A stretch of DNA of 63,455 nt, counting the filler, from Octopus bimaculoides (lineage: Eukaryota), in assembly GCF_001194135.2 (NCBI RefSeq). It is 3 parts of 3 records of this genome, joined end to end, with 100 filler letters (N's around TTAATTAATTAA, not from the genome) between each part and the next. Parts side by side here need not be neighbours in the genome. Positions count along the whole stretch, not along the records: positions 31,211 to 60,738 come from NC_068991.1; 2 more parts are not named here. The stretch is one strand, 5' to 3'. The notes beneath the pieces were generated by a model, which saw nothing but the letters and a program-made list of their open reading frames with translations, ran no database searches and was not told where the DNA came from. The position numbers and the translations under genes are program-made. Shown here one piece after another: positions 39,926 to 53,159 of this stretch (position 1 is the stretch's first letter; each line of letters starts with the position of its first letter).

Positions 39926-41992
39926 AATAACTTCAACAACAATAATAATAACAATAATAGTAAGAATAATAATATTTATATATACATATATATGTATGTA
40001 TATGAGGTTCTACCGAAAGAAATCTAAGATTTGGCATAAACTTTGAACACTTTCTGCGTTGCTTCGTAATGTTGTTATTTGTAATAAAATCCAAAATTGA
40101 TGGAAGAGGACCTTAATCTACAGCGTTCCAGTATTGCTTATCCTTTATATGTATCACTATATTATCTCATGCGTTTCTTCATTATATCAGGTGGTATGAT
40201 ATAAGCTGAGGGTGATTTAGCTGCATTTTCTTGTCGTCAGACCTTATGAATTCCCTCTCATTGGTTATAGTTTTTCGTTCTGATAATAGCAATAATGAGG
40301 ATTAGTGGTTCCTTCGGCTATCATACCACCTCTTTCTTGGAATAATATTTTATAATATTCCCCTCTCGTTGATTTCCAAAATAACAAAATCAGCAAAATC
40401 AATCTTCAAATTATTTTAATCCATCAGAAACTAATTGTGGACTGTAGTTAGAATTATTGATAATCTCTTTGACTACCTCATTTATCTTCTATTTCTTTTG
40501 CGTCGATTAAACACTAGACACCCATGTGTTAAAGTTTTAGGCAAATTACCAAAGAATCGGGGACTTATATAATGACCTTACATTGAACCTTTAGTCATCA
40601 TCGGGCATGTTTTCTGCTCTCTGACAATACAATGTCCTACACCTATTCTAATGTCGAGAAAATGTTGTTTATAAGTAATGTACTTGGTTGAAATATTCTA
40701 TTTCTATGAAAACATGTGTCGTTAAATCTTCCAGAAACCACAAGACATTCCCTGGCATTTGTCGTTCATTCGAGATGTCACAATGCACCTGGGCGGATGT
40801 GAATGCACAAATTAAGATACACTAGATTAGGTATTTATATATTATATAAGTATTGTTATTGGTGTTGTTTATGCACATGTTTTTGCTGGAAGGAGCATGG
40901 TGTTGAGACTGAGGTAGCCCTTAGAGCGACTAACAGTGTTTTGGAGCTGTATCTTCAACATAGGAAGATTCATGCGGTATATTTGGCGTAAATTTGACAA
41001 GTTCAATTTTTACAGTATCAGATCTGTTTGTTCATCCTTTCTTGTTCTTTTTTTTTCTGTTACTCTGGACGCTGTTGTTATTGATTCGCACATCAGCCCT
41101 AATTGCGAACATCTTTGATGAAATGGTATTTCTTCCATACCTCTTCACTCATCTTTTTCCACTTACTGTACATATAGAATCACTTAACTCAAAGCATCTT
41201 TCCCGTTCCAACTTATGGATAAGATTAGAGGGAGAATTTGCAGCGACAAGTAAAACGTTGATTAACAACGTTATGTCTATTCTCATCTTGCTGTTTTATG
41301 TGTATTTCATTGAAATTAACAGAACAGATATGGTGTGATTTGAAGGAGATTTAGCTGGTGTATGTAAAAGGTTGAGTAACTATGTAGTGGTTTCTTTGGT
41401 GGCTTGATATTTTATAGTTTAGTCGAGTCGGTGGATTACTTTTTATTGACATAACGTTTTATCGGAGTTTATACTGTGAAACTTTCTAAAAGTTTCGATA
41501 TTTAATGGCATACTGAAAGTTATATACATTTTTGCATACATACTTACACATGCACAACACACATACATATACATATCAATATATACTCATACATATCTAT
41601 CAATATATTTATGTATTTGTTTGTATGCATATTTATATATCTATATGTTTACCCACCAACAAACACACTCGCACACACACGTACATACATACACACACAC
41701 ATATGTATGTATATATATATATATATNNNNNNNNNNNNNNNNNNNNNNNNNNNNNNNNNNNNNNNNNNNNATCAATTAAATACTTATAAACCTAACTTAT
41801 TTAACGATATGTGAATTTGTACGTATATTTAATTTTACGTCTCTTTTCATACAAAACTTCCAAAATAACAGGAAAACTTGGCAAAAGTGAAAGATACGAC
41901 TTAGTAGAATCTTTAAAAAGAACAAAAATTAAGAGAGAAGGGTAAGAGGGAGGTAGACAGAGAGAGAAGGAGAGACACGAATAATAATAATA

Positions 41993-42093
<101 letters not shown>

Positions 42094-42764
42094 AAGAAAA
42101 AATAGGAGGAGGGGTAAAAGAATAAAGGAAAAACAAGATGATAGAGATTGTGGCCGTACTTGATTTTAAATCAATAACTTGTTATACCACCGATTTATCG
42201 ATTGATCGTCTGGATTACAATAACATTAGAAAAGTATTGAATTATGTGGCGAAAACAACCGTAAGATTATCGATCAAGATATATGGTATTGCATAAGCAG
42301 GTAACAGAAACCTGAGTGCTGTCAATATTTAAAAAAAAAGTTTCTCTCTCCATCTTAAGTACTTAAACGTATGCATGCGTACACATATATTCAATGACTA
42401 GAATAGATGTATGTTCGCATGTATGTCTATGTAAGTATGCATATACCTAGGTATATATGTATGCTTTATGTTTGTTTATTTTGATGTATATACGCAGCAG
42501 CAGACGTACGGATGTGTAACAGCATATACGTTATTGAATATGTGACTTTGTAAGCCAACGCGTTTGTGTTTGCATTTATCACAAGTTAAACTTATGGAAG
42601 GTTTTACATAATTCACATTTCTATTAATAGTGTGTAATACTAATTTCGCAATTAAACGTGTACTTTCTGGTTATATAATGGCAACCTACAAGAGACTGTT
42701 TTTTAAGCAGTTAGTTATGATTAACTCGCAATAGTTAGATGTAAATCTGATGCGGTGAACTGAA

Positions 42765-42955
42765 TTGTCACCGCTCCAAGTAAAATGCTTATCCTCATTT
42801 CATCCGTCTTTACTTTCTGACTTTGAATTCAGCTGTGGTCGACTTTGCCTTTCATCCCTTCTGGGTCGATAAAATAAGTACCAGTTGAACACTGGGTCAA
42901 TGTAATCGACTTACACCCCTCTCTCGAAATGCTGGCCTTGTGTGAAAATTTGAAA
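42765..42955 (+). mobile_element. tRNA-derived SINE family A, diverged
   Basis: Contains GGTCGACTTTGCCTTTCATCCCTTCTGGGTCGATAAAATAAGTACCAGTTG, shared with the other family A copies. Confidence 0.75.
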
Positions 42956-42989
42956 TCTGGAGACGATGTCTCCTGGGGCTAAATTGCAG

Positions 42990-43138
42990 CAACATTCATC
43001 CTAAGCCAGGAATGTCATGTTATGTTTCCAAAAAACTATTGGCCGGGTGCTGCACAAAGCCGGATTTCACGGGAGGGCTGCAAACAGAAAACCACTACTT
43101 TCAAAAACAAACGTTGCAAAGCGTTTAGAGTGGAGTAT
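42990..43138 (+). mobile_element. Tc1 transposase fragment (DNA-binding region)
   Basis: Reads VSKKTIGRVLHKAGFHGRAANRKPLLSKTNVAKRLEW, the typical Tc1 helix-turn-helix/GRxARRKP segment. Confidence 0.8.
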
Positions 43139-44159
43139 ATACGAACAAACTGGATTTAACTGGACCCTTCCTCTCTCCTGGACATAATGAACAACAATAA
43201 ATATCACTGATGAGGAACTTTCGTCCACTGTCTAATCTATATCTCTCTGATGACGATATACCCAACGTACAGAGCCTTTGCTCGATACGAGGCTCCATTG
43301 GCTGGGCATCCCAGAAACAGCTGTCAGAGATTATATTTTTTACTATTTTTCACCCATTCGTTATGTAGCTAAATTAGATTGAATTAAATGAAATTAAATA
43401 TCCTTGTCATTCCTTGCGTAATTGTTTGCCTTTACTCACTACTTTAACGTATATATGAAGTTGTATGTGCGTATATGTGTTAAAACAAATAGAACTACAG
43501 TTAAATATACGTTAATTTAGTGTTTTTATCAATGGTGAGGTTAGAAACTATAGGTTAGTTGGTATTTACTGGTTAACAATATGCTTCTTCATATATCGTT
43601 CGAAGAATGGAAAGTAAGTGTATGAAAATAAAAAGAATATTAAATGTCATTGATTCGTTGAAAAAGGGAAAAATGCACTGGCGTCGATTCATTTGATTAT
43701 AGATTCTTCGTGACAGTGCTCCGGCATGGCCGCAATCCAATGATTGAAACAAGTAAAAGATAAAAGATAAGCATACCAGAAAAATGAAATTATTGAACTG
43801 TAAAGATAAAATGAAATTCGGGAGGACTGTATCTGTGTGGTAGTTTCAAGACAGTTGCGTGGCTAAGACGTTCGCTTTGATATCACAGAGTATCTGGTTC
43901 AGTCTCATATCGTGGTACCTTAGGCAAGTATTTTTTTTACAATAGGCCCACTCCGATCAATGGCTTTTAAGTGAATTTGACAAATGTAAATATGTGGAAG
44001 GCCATTGAATTTGCATCTTTCTGATTGCATGTATCCACTGACATCAAATGGCAGCCAGTTCAGATATGTTTACTTCACTGTAACTTAGCAGTGTGGTATA
44101 GAATAAAAGGATAAAATTGTGCTAATGCTTGAGAAAGTGTTACCATGCTATGTAGCTAT

Positions 44160-45219
44160 TATTAGGTGCTATGTTTGTTTAGAGATTGATAAGTTGGAAA
44201 TTCGTGCAGTTTTGAAATATGAGTTCTTTCTTGGAAATACAGCCTCAAAGACATTTCGGAATGTTAATTGGTTTGCAAAATTTCGTTCTAGTTACTTTGA
44301 CCTCAGAAATGAGCAACGCGATCGACCAGAAACAAAGGTGGATAATGACGAACTGAAAGCCACCATCGAGTCAGATCTATCTCAAAATGCCCGTGAATTA
44401 TCTTTGTTGTTTGGTGTTAGCAAGCAAACAATATTGACTCACCTACTCCAAATCCGTAAAGTGAAAAAGTTGGATAAGTGTGTTCCACATGAACCCAATG
44501 AAAATAAGAAACATTAACGTTTGGTAGCCTGCATTATGCTACTTTCTCGTCACAAAATGAATAATTTTAAAATTGAATTGTAACGTGATGAGAATGGGAT
44601 CCAATACAACAACTGTAAACATTCAGCACAATGGTTGGACAAAGACGATCCACCAAAACACAGTCCAAAAAGCAAAATTCATCAAAAGAAGCTGATGGTG
44701 TTCTGGTGTAGGTGTGATCCATTATGATTTCATTAAACCTGGCTCATCAATCACGGCCGAAGTATACTGCAACCAAATGGAACAAATGATGCAGAACCTT
44801 ACAACCCCCCGGCATCCAAAAAACCCCCAGATTAACCAACATATTCACTCCTATTTTATTGCATGACAACGCCAGACCACACATCGCAAAAATGACATTG
44901 GGGAAACTACTGGAGTTGGATGTGGAAGTTCTCTATCATCCACCACGCTCACCTGATCTTGCCCCCACTAACTACCACTTCTTCGAGAATTTGGATATCT
45001 TTTTGATAGGAAAAAAAATTTAATTCCGATGATACCGTAAAACAGGCCTTCCAAGATTTTATTGACTCTAGATTGCCAGGATTTTACAGTTCCGGGCATG
45101 ACAAGCTACCACCGAAAGGGAAAAAGTGTATACTATGATGAATAAAACTATTCCTTGTATTTATAAAACATTAGCAAACTTTTTTCTTTTCTACAAATTT
45201 CACACTTGACGACCTAATA
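44160..45219 (+). mobile_element. Degenerate mariner transposon (Mos1/Hsmar1-like)
   Basis: Reads IRAVLKYEFFLG, KLDKCVPHE (WVPHEL motif), HQKKLMV, HDNARPH and HPPRSPDLAPTNYHFF, with stops and frameshifts. A 3' TIR-like ...GACGACCTAATA ends at 45219; the 5' TIR is only partial. Confidence 0.92.
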
Positions 45220-45723
45220 GAAATGAAACTTATAAAGCATTTCGCAGCGCTAGAAATTGAATCAAAAGGATATTTCTTTAACATTGGTGATGTTTATTTG
45301 GATTCAGTTCCCAATTAAATTACCAATTGAATAATTACTAATGGATACCAACATGAACTTTTAGCGCCGATGAGTGATTCGGGAGTAAAATTTATGTTCG
45401 ATGAAAAATCAGGCAGAGAAATTTTAGTTCGTGACGTGCGATTCCTACCCAAAATTTGCTTGAAGGGGTTTGCATGAACTGGTTCCATTTCCGTCAACAC
45501 ATCTTTGTGTTTCTGACAGACTTCTAACTCTCGGTCTAAAGAAAATGAAGCAACAACTATACTTCAATTGCAAATAACCGACGTTATGTTTTTCAAATAT
45601 TCCTCTGCGGATGTAAGGACCGACGAATATAAAAGAGAAAAAAAAGGAAACTATCAAAAGCAATATCTTTCTGATTGACTGAAATTACACCAGAATAAAT
45701 GATTACAATATTCTGCTAATCTT

Positions 45724-47945
45724 TTAACCTTCTGTTTATCAATGGGTCCAATGGACCCATTTCAGTTTTTTTTCAGTTGTTTTTTCTTACTGTTTATGTT
45801 ATTTGATCCTGCTGATTTATCGTGACTCATACTTTTTCTTGACTCTTTTATTTGTCAAATGGGAAATTTTCAGAATGTGTATAAAAGATAGAAAATTTCA
45901 CTTTATACATTAATTACCGTATGGTTCCATTGGACCCTCGAATTAATTTCAGACAATACTCTTGTCATTCTAAACAGAATAAAGGCAGCATAAAATATGA
46001 GTTTCCTAGATATTTATCAGATATAAAAGAGATAAAATTGTATTCAATTTATTTGCTGAATTTTAGATAAAACAGAAAAAATCATGAAAATATTCCTGTA
46101 AATTTGTGTGGTGTTGCATCACCTTCAATTTGCTAGGCTACAGGATGATTCAATACTTCTATGTGATGACGCAATTCTTACAATATATTGCATCCTCATT
46201 CAGGAGAATATAAATATATGAGGGAGCAATATCTGCCTTTAGTTTGCTATCAAGTTTCATATACTTCAGTTGTGCTTTCCAATGTATCTAAACGTGAAAA
46301 CTTGAGTGAAGACCAAATATCGAAAAGGTTACCGGAATTAGATAAAGAATGAGAAGAAGATAGTAGTGATTCCTTCTATTGCACTGAAGATGATAGTAAA
46401 AGTGATTGTGTGCTGGACAGTTTAGGTTCTGTGTCATCAGATGATGAAGCTACTCAAAAACAATTATCTGCAAGCCACGCAATTATGAATGAGCAATATG
46501 TTTCTAGAGACAGACAAGAAGTTTGGCATCCTATTCCCCTTATCCAAGCACAGTAAGAACTTTGTCTTGCGATATTGTGCACCATGAACGTGTGCCATCC
46601 CGTTTTGCTAAAAGGTCTCGCGATAGCATTGGAACATGTTTTACTATCTTTATGCGCCAGAATCTTCTTGAAGTAAATCGTAAATGGACAAATGCTGATG
46701 GTCAGGTTGTTTACAAAGATAAATAGAAGGAAATTGATCACTCTGAACTAAAGAAATTTATTGGACTTATTATTCTTATAAGTGTTTATGAATCTAATTA
46801 TAAAAATGTCACACATTTATGGAGTCAAGAAGATGGCCGCCCGACATTCAAAAAAATTACGAGCCGGGGAAGATTTCAACAGATTTTAGAAGCATTGCGT
46901 TTTGATGATGCTTGTACAAGAAGAAAAAAAGAGAAGTGATGATAAGTTGGAGCCCACAGAAGTATTTGAAATGTGGAATCAGAATTTGCAAGATGGATAT
47001 GCTCCAAGTTCATACATAAGAGTTGATGCAAAATTAGTTTCATTCAGAGGGCGCTGCCCATTCCGGGTTTATATTCCTTCAAAACTAGGGAAATATGGAA
47101 TTAAAATTTGGGCAATATGTGACAGTGAAACATATTATGCCTGGAAAATGCAAATCTACACTGGAAGAGACCGAGTAAAAGGGAGAAAGACAAATCAAGT
47201 TCATGAATTCTTGAAAGCTTACAAAAAGAACTTGAAAATACTGGTCGCAATATAACTCATGATAATTTCTTAACAAGTCTAGGATTGGCTTGAAAGTTGC
47301 TGAGGAAGAAAACTACTTTAGTGGGAACAACTAGAAAGAACAGAGTTGAACTTCCAAGTGCTGTCACAAATGGAAAAGAAAGAGAAATCAACAGCACAAT
47401 ATTTGGACTTCAAAAGGATTCTATGATCCTATCTCATTGTCCCAAGAAAAATTATGTTGTCACACTTATGAGTGCAATGCACTCTCAGCCTTCACTTGAT
47501 ACAAAAGTACTGAAAAGAAACCTTAAGATATTACATGTTACAACAAAACAAAAGGAGGAGCAGATATCTTAGATAAGATGGTAAGGACATACACTTGCAA
47601 AAGAAGAATCGAAGATGGCCTATGGTTATATTCAAGAAGATGGTTGATATAAGTGCAGTGAATGTTCTCATTGTTGCTAAACACCTTCACTTGCAAAGTT
47701 TCAAGGATAAAAGAAGACAGTGCCTAATTCAGTTAGGAGAGGAACTTGCTGGAATTAATTCAACACAAGAATATGACAAACGATCTTATAGTTCCGCTAA
47801 CATTTCTCAACCAAACAAGAAAAGGAGACAATCTTCAACCTCATTTGAGATTCCTCAACCAAAGAAAAAAGGAAGATGTTCTCTGTGCGGCCCAAAAAAA
47901 GACATTAAAACTCGTACTACATGTAAGAATCGAAATTTCATATTA
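45724..47945 (+). mobile_element. Degenerate piggyBac DNA transposon (PGBD4-like transposase pseudogene, ~46430-47935)
   Basis: TTAA|CCTT left end at 45724 with a subterminal palindrome ATGGGTCCA-A-TGGACCCAT. Fragmented transposase includes ALRFDD, VDAKLVSFRGRCPFRVYIPSKLGKYGIKIW, HDNF, LVGTTRKNR, YNKTKGGADILDKM, RRWPM and a C-terminal KGRCSLC. Multiple stops and frameshifts; right TIR not found. Confidence 0.92.
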
Positions 47946-48047
47946 CTATTTTAATCCGTAAGAATTTAATTTTAAATTATTTATCTGTCTCTGTGTCTCT
48001 CTCTTTCTGTCTCTCTTTCTCCTCTCTCTTTCTCCTCTCTCTCTCTC

Positions 48048-48124
<77 letters not shown>

Positions 48125-48729
48125 TAGTAAGTTAGCGACACCGTTAGTGGGATTAAGTAGGGAGGAAGATGAAAAAAATACAAAAACAGGACAAGATAGA
48201 ATACACTGGAAATAGAAGAGTACAAGGAGGTTTAATTTTCTTCAATAAGTTGATGGATATAATTTTTTTGATGATCACTGATATAAAAGCTTTAAAGGTT
48301 CATGGATATAAATGTTTTAAAGGTTTTAAAATTCTTTTTTAAACAAATTCTTTTGTTCTTAAAGTTTCGAAAGTTTAAGATGATATAAATGGTGTGGGTA
48401 TATAGAAGTAGGTAGAAAAGTAGATGGGTAGGTAAATGGTTAGACAAGCAGATAAACGGGTCGATAGTGAGACAGATATAGATAGAGCGATCGATCGATC
48501 TATGTATAAAATTTGCCCTGTTTATAATTATACCATATTTTACATATATATTATACCATACCTTGATACTGTGTGGACTAAGATCTCCTTTGAGAGGCTG
48601 CTGGTATTTATAGAGTGTTAAACACTCTAGGTATGCAAATTAGGGACTCCTTCACAGAGTAACTGCTGCATTTGTTGAGTATATAAACACTTTGGCTACT
48701 TGTTTCTTTGGAGACTGTCAGAATTTTGT

Positions 48730-48894
48730 GGACGCCTCTGATGAGAACCCAATAAGGTTTGAAAATCGGTTAAGAATAAAAACTATGAAAGAAAACGTCT
48801 GATGAAGAACTCTCCGTTCAACAATACTCACTAAATAAGCTACAACATCCAGCAACAGGCTTACTCCCGGTCACACGCCACATATAGTGTAACC
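48730..48894 (+). mobile_element. Penelope pLTR-like remnant with two CTGATGA hammerhead-like motifs
   Basis: CTGATGA-GAACC-CAATAA-GGTTT-GAAA-ATCGGT-TA at 48738-48772. The stretch 48797-48894 is an inverted copy of 49063-49161. Confidence 0.5.
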
Positions 48895-48955
48895 CATAAT
48901 TTTCTTTTTAGTCTGCGGAGTAATGGCTAAAAATTTAGCGTTTGTAATTATGCCA

Positions 48956-48987
<32 letters not shown>

Positions 48988-49062
48988 GTGTGTGTATGTT
49001 TGTGTGTGTGTGTGTGTGTGTAGGTAGACAGATAGATAGTTGGATTGGTAGATAAAAGGATA

Positions 49063-49460
49063 GTTTACTCTATATGTTGCGTGTGACCGGCAGTAAGCTT
49101 GTTGCTGGGTGTTGTAGTTTGTTTAGTGAGCATTTTCGAATAGAGGGTTCTTCATCAGACGCTTCATTTCAGTTTCTCCTCTTTCATGATTAAAGATCCC
49201 CGACATAGTAGATGTGTTTTTGCGCATCCAGCTCACTCGGGCAGTTCAGCCTAGGTCCTTGCTTCCGAGTAAAATGTGCTTCTGTTATTTTGAGGCTAAC
49301 TACATCACTTCCGCTATCTAGTACAGTCTTCTCCCTGTAGGGCAGTTCAAAGTAGACCTGGTGCTAAATCTTCCTTTTGTAAATCTGCTCGCTGTTGTTC
49401 TTTTTGTGAGCTGTCACTCATTTGTCCGTTTACGGTTTCTGTTTCTGCGACACCAGTCTG
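49063..49460 (-). mobile_element. Penelope-like 3' end remnant (GIY-YIG C-terminus followed by hammerhead-like motif)
   Basis: Minus frame reads ...AHKKNNSEQIYK...KTVLDSGSDVVSLKITEAHFTRKQGPRLNC, resembling the PLE endonuclease tail (KIKEAxxIRKQGPSLN). It is followed by CTGATGAAGAA-CCCTCTA-TTC-GAAA at 49134-49158. Confidence 0.55.
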
Positions 49461-49708
49461 GTTATTGTCATTGTTGTAGCTGTTAACTTTGATATTGCTG
49501 CTGCTGCTGTTGTTGTTGCTGTTGTCGCTGTGGTTGTTGTTGTCGTCGCTGTAGTTGTCGTATTTCCTGTTGTTTACGTTTTATGACGTTCTGTACCCAT
49601 ATATGCCTATGTATATACATATATATGTAAGTATGTATATATTCATATATATATGTATTATTTATATTATTATATGATTGAACGCCGCGCATCTATTTCC
49701 AAGTAAGT

Positions 49709-49814
<106 letters not shown>

Positions 49815-49815
49815 A

Positions 49816-49854
<39 letters not shown>

Positions 49855-50915
49855 ATACGTATATATATATGCACACACATACGCACATACAAACACACAT
49901 ACATGTATATATATATGTGTGTGTGTGTGCGTGTGCGTGCGCGTGTGTGTGTATATATATGTATGTATTATGTATGTATGCATGTATGTGTATATGTATG
50001 TATGTGTGTACGTACGTATGTATATATATGTGTATATATATATANNNNNNNNNNNNNNNNNNNNNNNNNNNNNNNNNNNNNNNNNNNNNNNNNNNNNNNN
50101 NNNNNNNNNNNNNNNNNNNNNNNNNNNNNNNNNNNNNNNNNNNNNNNNNNNNNNNNNNNNNNNNNNNNNNNNNNNNNNNNNNNNNNNNNNNNNNNNNNNN
50201 NNNNNNNNNNNNNNNNNNNNNNNNNNNNNNNNNNNNNNNNNNNNNNNNNNNNNNNNNNNNNNNNNNNNNNNNNNNNNNNNNNNNNNNNNNNNNNNNNNNN
50301 NNNNNNNNNNNNNNNNNNNNNNNNNNNNNNNNNNNNNNNNNNNNNNNNNNNNNNNNNNNNNNNNNNNNNNNNNNNNNNNNNNNNNNNNNNNNNNNNNNNN
50401 NNNNNNNNNNNNNNNNNNNNNNNNNNNNNNNNNNNNNNNNNNNNNNNNNNNNNNNNNNNNNNNNNNNNNNNNNNNNNNNNNNNNNNNNNNNNNNNNNNNN
50501 NNNNNNNNNNNNNNNNNNNNNNNNNNNNNNNNNNNNNNNNNNNNNNNNNNNNNNNNNNNNNNNNNNNNNNNNNNNNNNNNNNNNNNNNNNNNNNNNNNNN
50601 NNNNNNNNNNNNNNNNNNNNNNNNNNNNNNNNNNNNNNNNNNNNNNNNNNNNNNNNNNNNNNNNNNNNNNNNNNNNNNNNNNNNNNNNNNNNNNNNNNNN
50701 NNNNNNNNNNNNNNNNNNNNNNNNNNNNNNNNNNNNNNNNNNNNNNNNNNNNNNNNNNNNNNNNNNNNNNNNNNNNNNNNNNNNNNNNNNNNNNNNNNNN
50801 NNNNNNNNNNNNNNNNNNNNNNNNNNNNNNNNNNNNNNNNNNNNNNNNNNNNNNNNNNNNNNNNNNNNNNNNNNNNNNNNNNNNNNNNNNNNNNNNNNNN
50901 NNNNNNNNNNNNNNN

Positions 50916-50951
<36 letters not shown>

Positions 50952-52744
50952 AAGTCGAATTAATTGGTTATTTTCCCTAAAACTATATATTTTATATATA
51001 TATATATAAAACACATACGAATTATTATGAAGTGGGTATTATATCGAATGCACTTTTGAGTCACGTAATCTTTCAAAGGGCGGAATGACATTCTGAATTG
51101 TAGTGATATGGATGCATGTACCAAATATGGTAAAGAATCAAGGCTCTATGTATTAAAATATTCTTTATCCTCCTTATTTGCAATGTGATTCTTTACTTCC
51201 ATATATACATACAATAGACAACATTGTGATGCAAAGCTCATAGTCTAGGAAATCCATCCACACTTATTCATATAAATGCATACAAACACTGGTGCGTACC
51301 CCCCCCCCATCTAAATACAGTTCTTTCTCTGTCTCTGTCTCTGTCTCACACTGCGTTTCTATCTTTCTATCTTATTTTTTATTCCAGCTACTGTTTAGAG
51401 AGTTATATATGGATATAGTGCTTCACTGTATATGATTGCGTATAGATTGAAATTAAAACGTATATGGTGTTGTGTATAGACCTGCGAACTTGTATGTGTG
51501 TCTCTATACATACACTCACAAACATAGACACACGTACGTTTTGAACTGTAAATAATATTTTTTAAAGCTAGTTTAAGAATAACAACGTCATATTTAAAGA
51601 TGTTGCGACTCAATATGGAGCATAGAGATGAATTTATTATAAAAGTCGAATTAATAAAGACTTGAGATTTAGGTTTTCGTGTTATCGAACCAGTTTAGAA
51701 AATTTCAAATAAAATGCTTCACAATGTAAAGGGCCGTGTAGCAGATTATTTAAGTTCCTTGCAAAACATTTTAATGAAAGTGACTTTTATATTATATTAT
51801 AATGACCATGTTATTTGCGATAGGGAGCAAATGAGATAGTTTAAAGTGTAGAACACAGGTTCTTTATTTTACTCTTTTAATGGTTTCAGTGATAGGACTA
51901 AAGCCATGCTGGAAATTCGCCTTAACTTACTTCCAATCGGTTTTCTTGTCGCTTTATGACAGGAAGTTGGCCTATTATTGAGTTTGTAACAGTTGATCTT
52001 CCTTGAGTGTATCCTTGAATGCTTTGCTGGTCCGGTATCGTCGTTAGGAGTTTATACTTCTGATTTCTTTAGGTAATCAGAATTTTAATTATGTAAATTA
52101 TACTTCTGATTACCAAAAGAAGTTGAACAGTTGAGGACCTCTAAATAATAAACTGGTGCAACAGAGAGTTTCTATTCGTGATTTCCAGGGTGGAAATCAC
52201 GAAGCTGGCAGTATATTCCAGTTCGTACATTAGAGTTATCTCTAATTCTGAAATTTGAGACACGTCTCTACTGTATTTTCGATATGTATATGATCGAACT
52301 CACAGCCACTTGCACATTAATTCAGAAGGAGATAATTCAGTTGATTCAATGAATTCTCATTGTCGAGTGACATCCAACACAAGCACATAGTATATTTAAC
52401 ACTACATTATCAAATGTGTCATTCCTCATTTGGTAAGACTACAGGATGTGCCTGGAGTGAGAATTGGTCGATATTTTGTAGCTCATTTAGTGACTACATG
52501 AAAGCAGGTGTGAATAAAAGATAAGTTTGGGAAATGGCTTGTGGAAAAAAAATGGGAGAACCTCGTTGAACCACGCAATTAGGCATCGTTTTATCTCAAC
52601 CGATATAACATACTTTCACTTGAATATGAAACACTTAAGTTCGGACAGATCTTATTATCAGAATAACTAAAAGTGTGTGTGTGTGTGTTTAGACTGCGGT
52701 AATACTGAGACAACACCAGGAAAGATTTTAGTTGAACAAAGCAA

Positions 52745-52861
52745 TCCCAGTACTTATTCTCTTGGTCTCTTTTGCCGAACCGCTAAGTTGTGGGACGTAG
52801 ACACACCAGCACCGGCTGACAAGCGGTAGTGAAGTAAAATATAGACACACATACACGCATG

Positions 52862-52912
<51 letters not shown>

Positions 52913-53060
52913 CCATGTTTTCTCAGTTTCCGTGTGCCAAATTCACTCACAAATCATTGGCCGGCCTGAGGCCATAGCAGAAGCCACACTTACCCAAGTT
53001 GCCCCGTAGTGGAACTGAACCCGGAACCATGAGGCTGGGAAGCCAACTTCTTATCACATA
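52745..53060 (-). mobile_element. tRNA-derived SINE family B
   Basis: Contains CTCTTTTGCCGAACCGCTAAGTT...(CA)n...CAAATTCACTCAC...CCCAAG...GGAACTGAACCCGGAACCAT, matching family B in reverse. Confidence 0.8.
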
Positions 53061-53106
53061 AACACGCTTTTGATAGTATGTTTCTACTTTGTCGGATGCT
53101 TGACCG

Positions 53107-53159
53107 TTTCTCTGTTCAAAGACCAAAATTTCTCTGTTCAAAGACCAAAATTTCTCTGT
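53107..53159. repeat. 22-bp tandem duplication (2.4 copies)
   Basis: tttctctgttcaaagaccaaaa twice, plus a partial copy. Confidence 0.9.

Noticed and set aside
45331-45690. Mostly open frame (LLAPMSDSGVKFMFDEKSGREILVRDVRF...) between mariner and piggyBac
   Set aside because: Two internal stops, no recognised domain and no convincing splice pair.
48613-48631. TAGAGTGT-TAA-ACACTCTA palindrome as the piggyBac right end
   Set aside because: It does not match the left TIR (CCTTCTGTTTATC), so it cannot be assigned.
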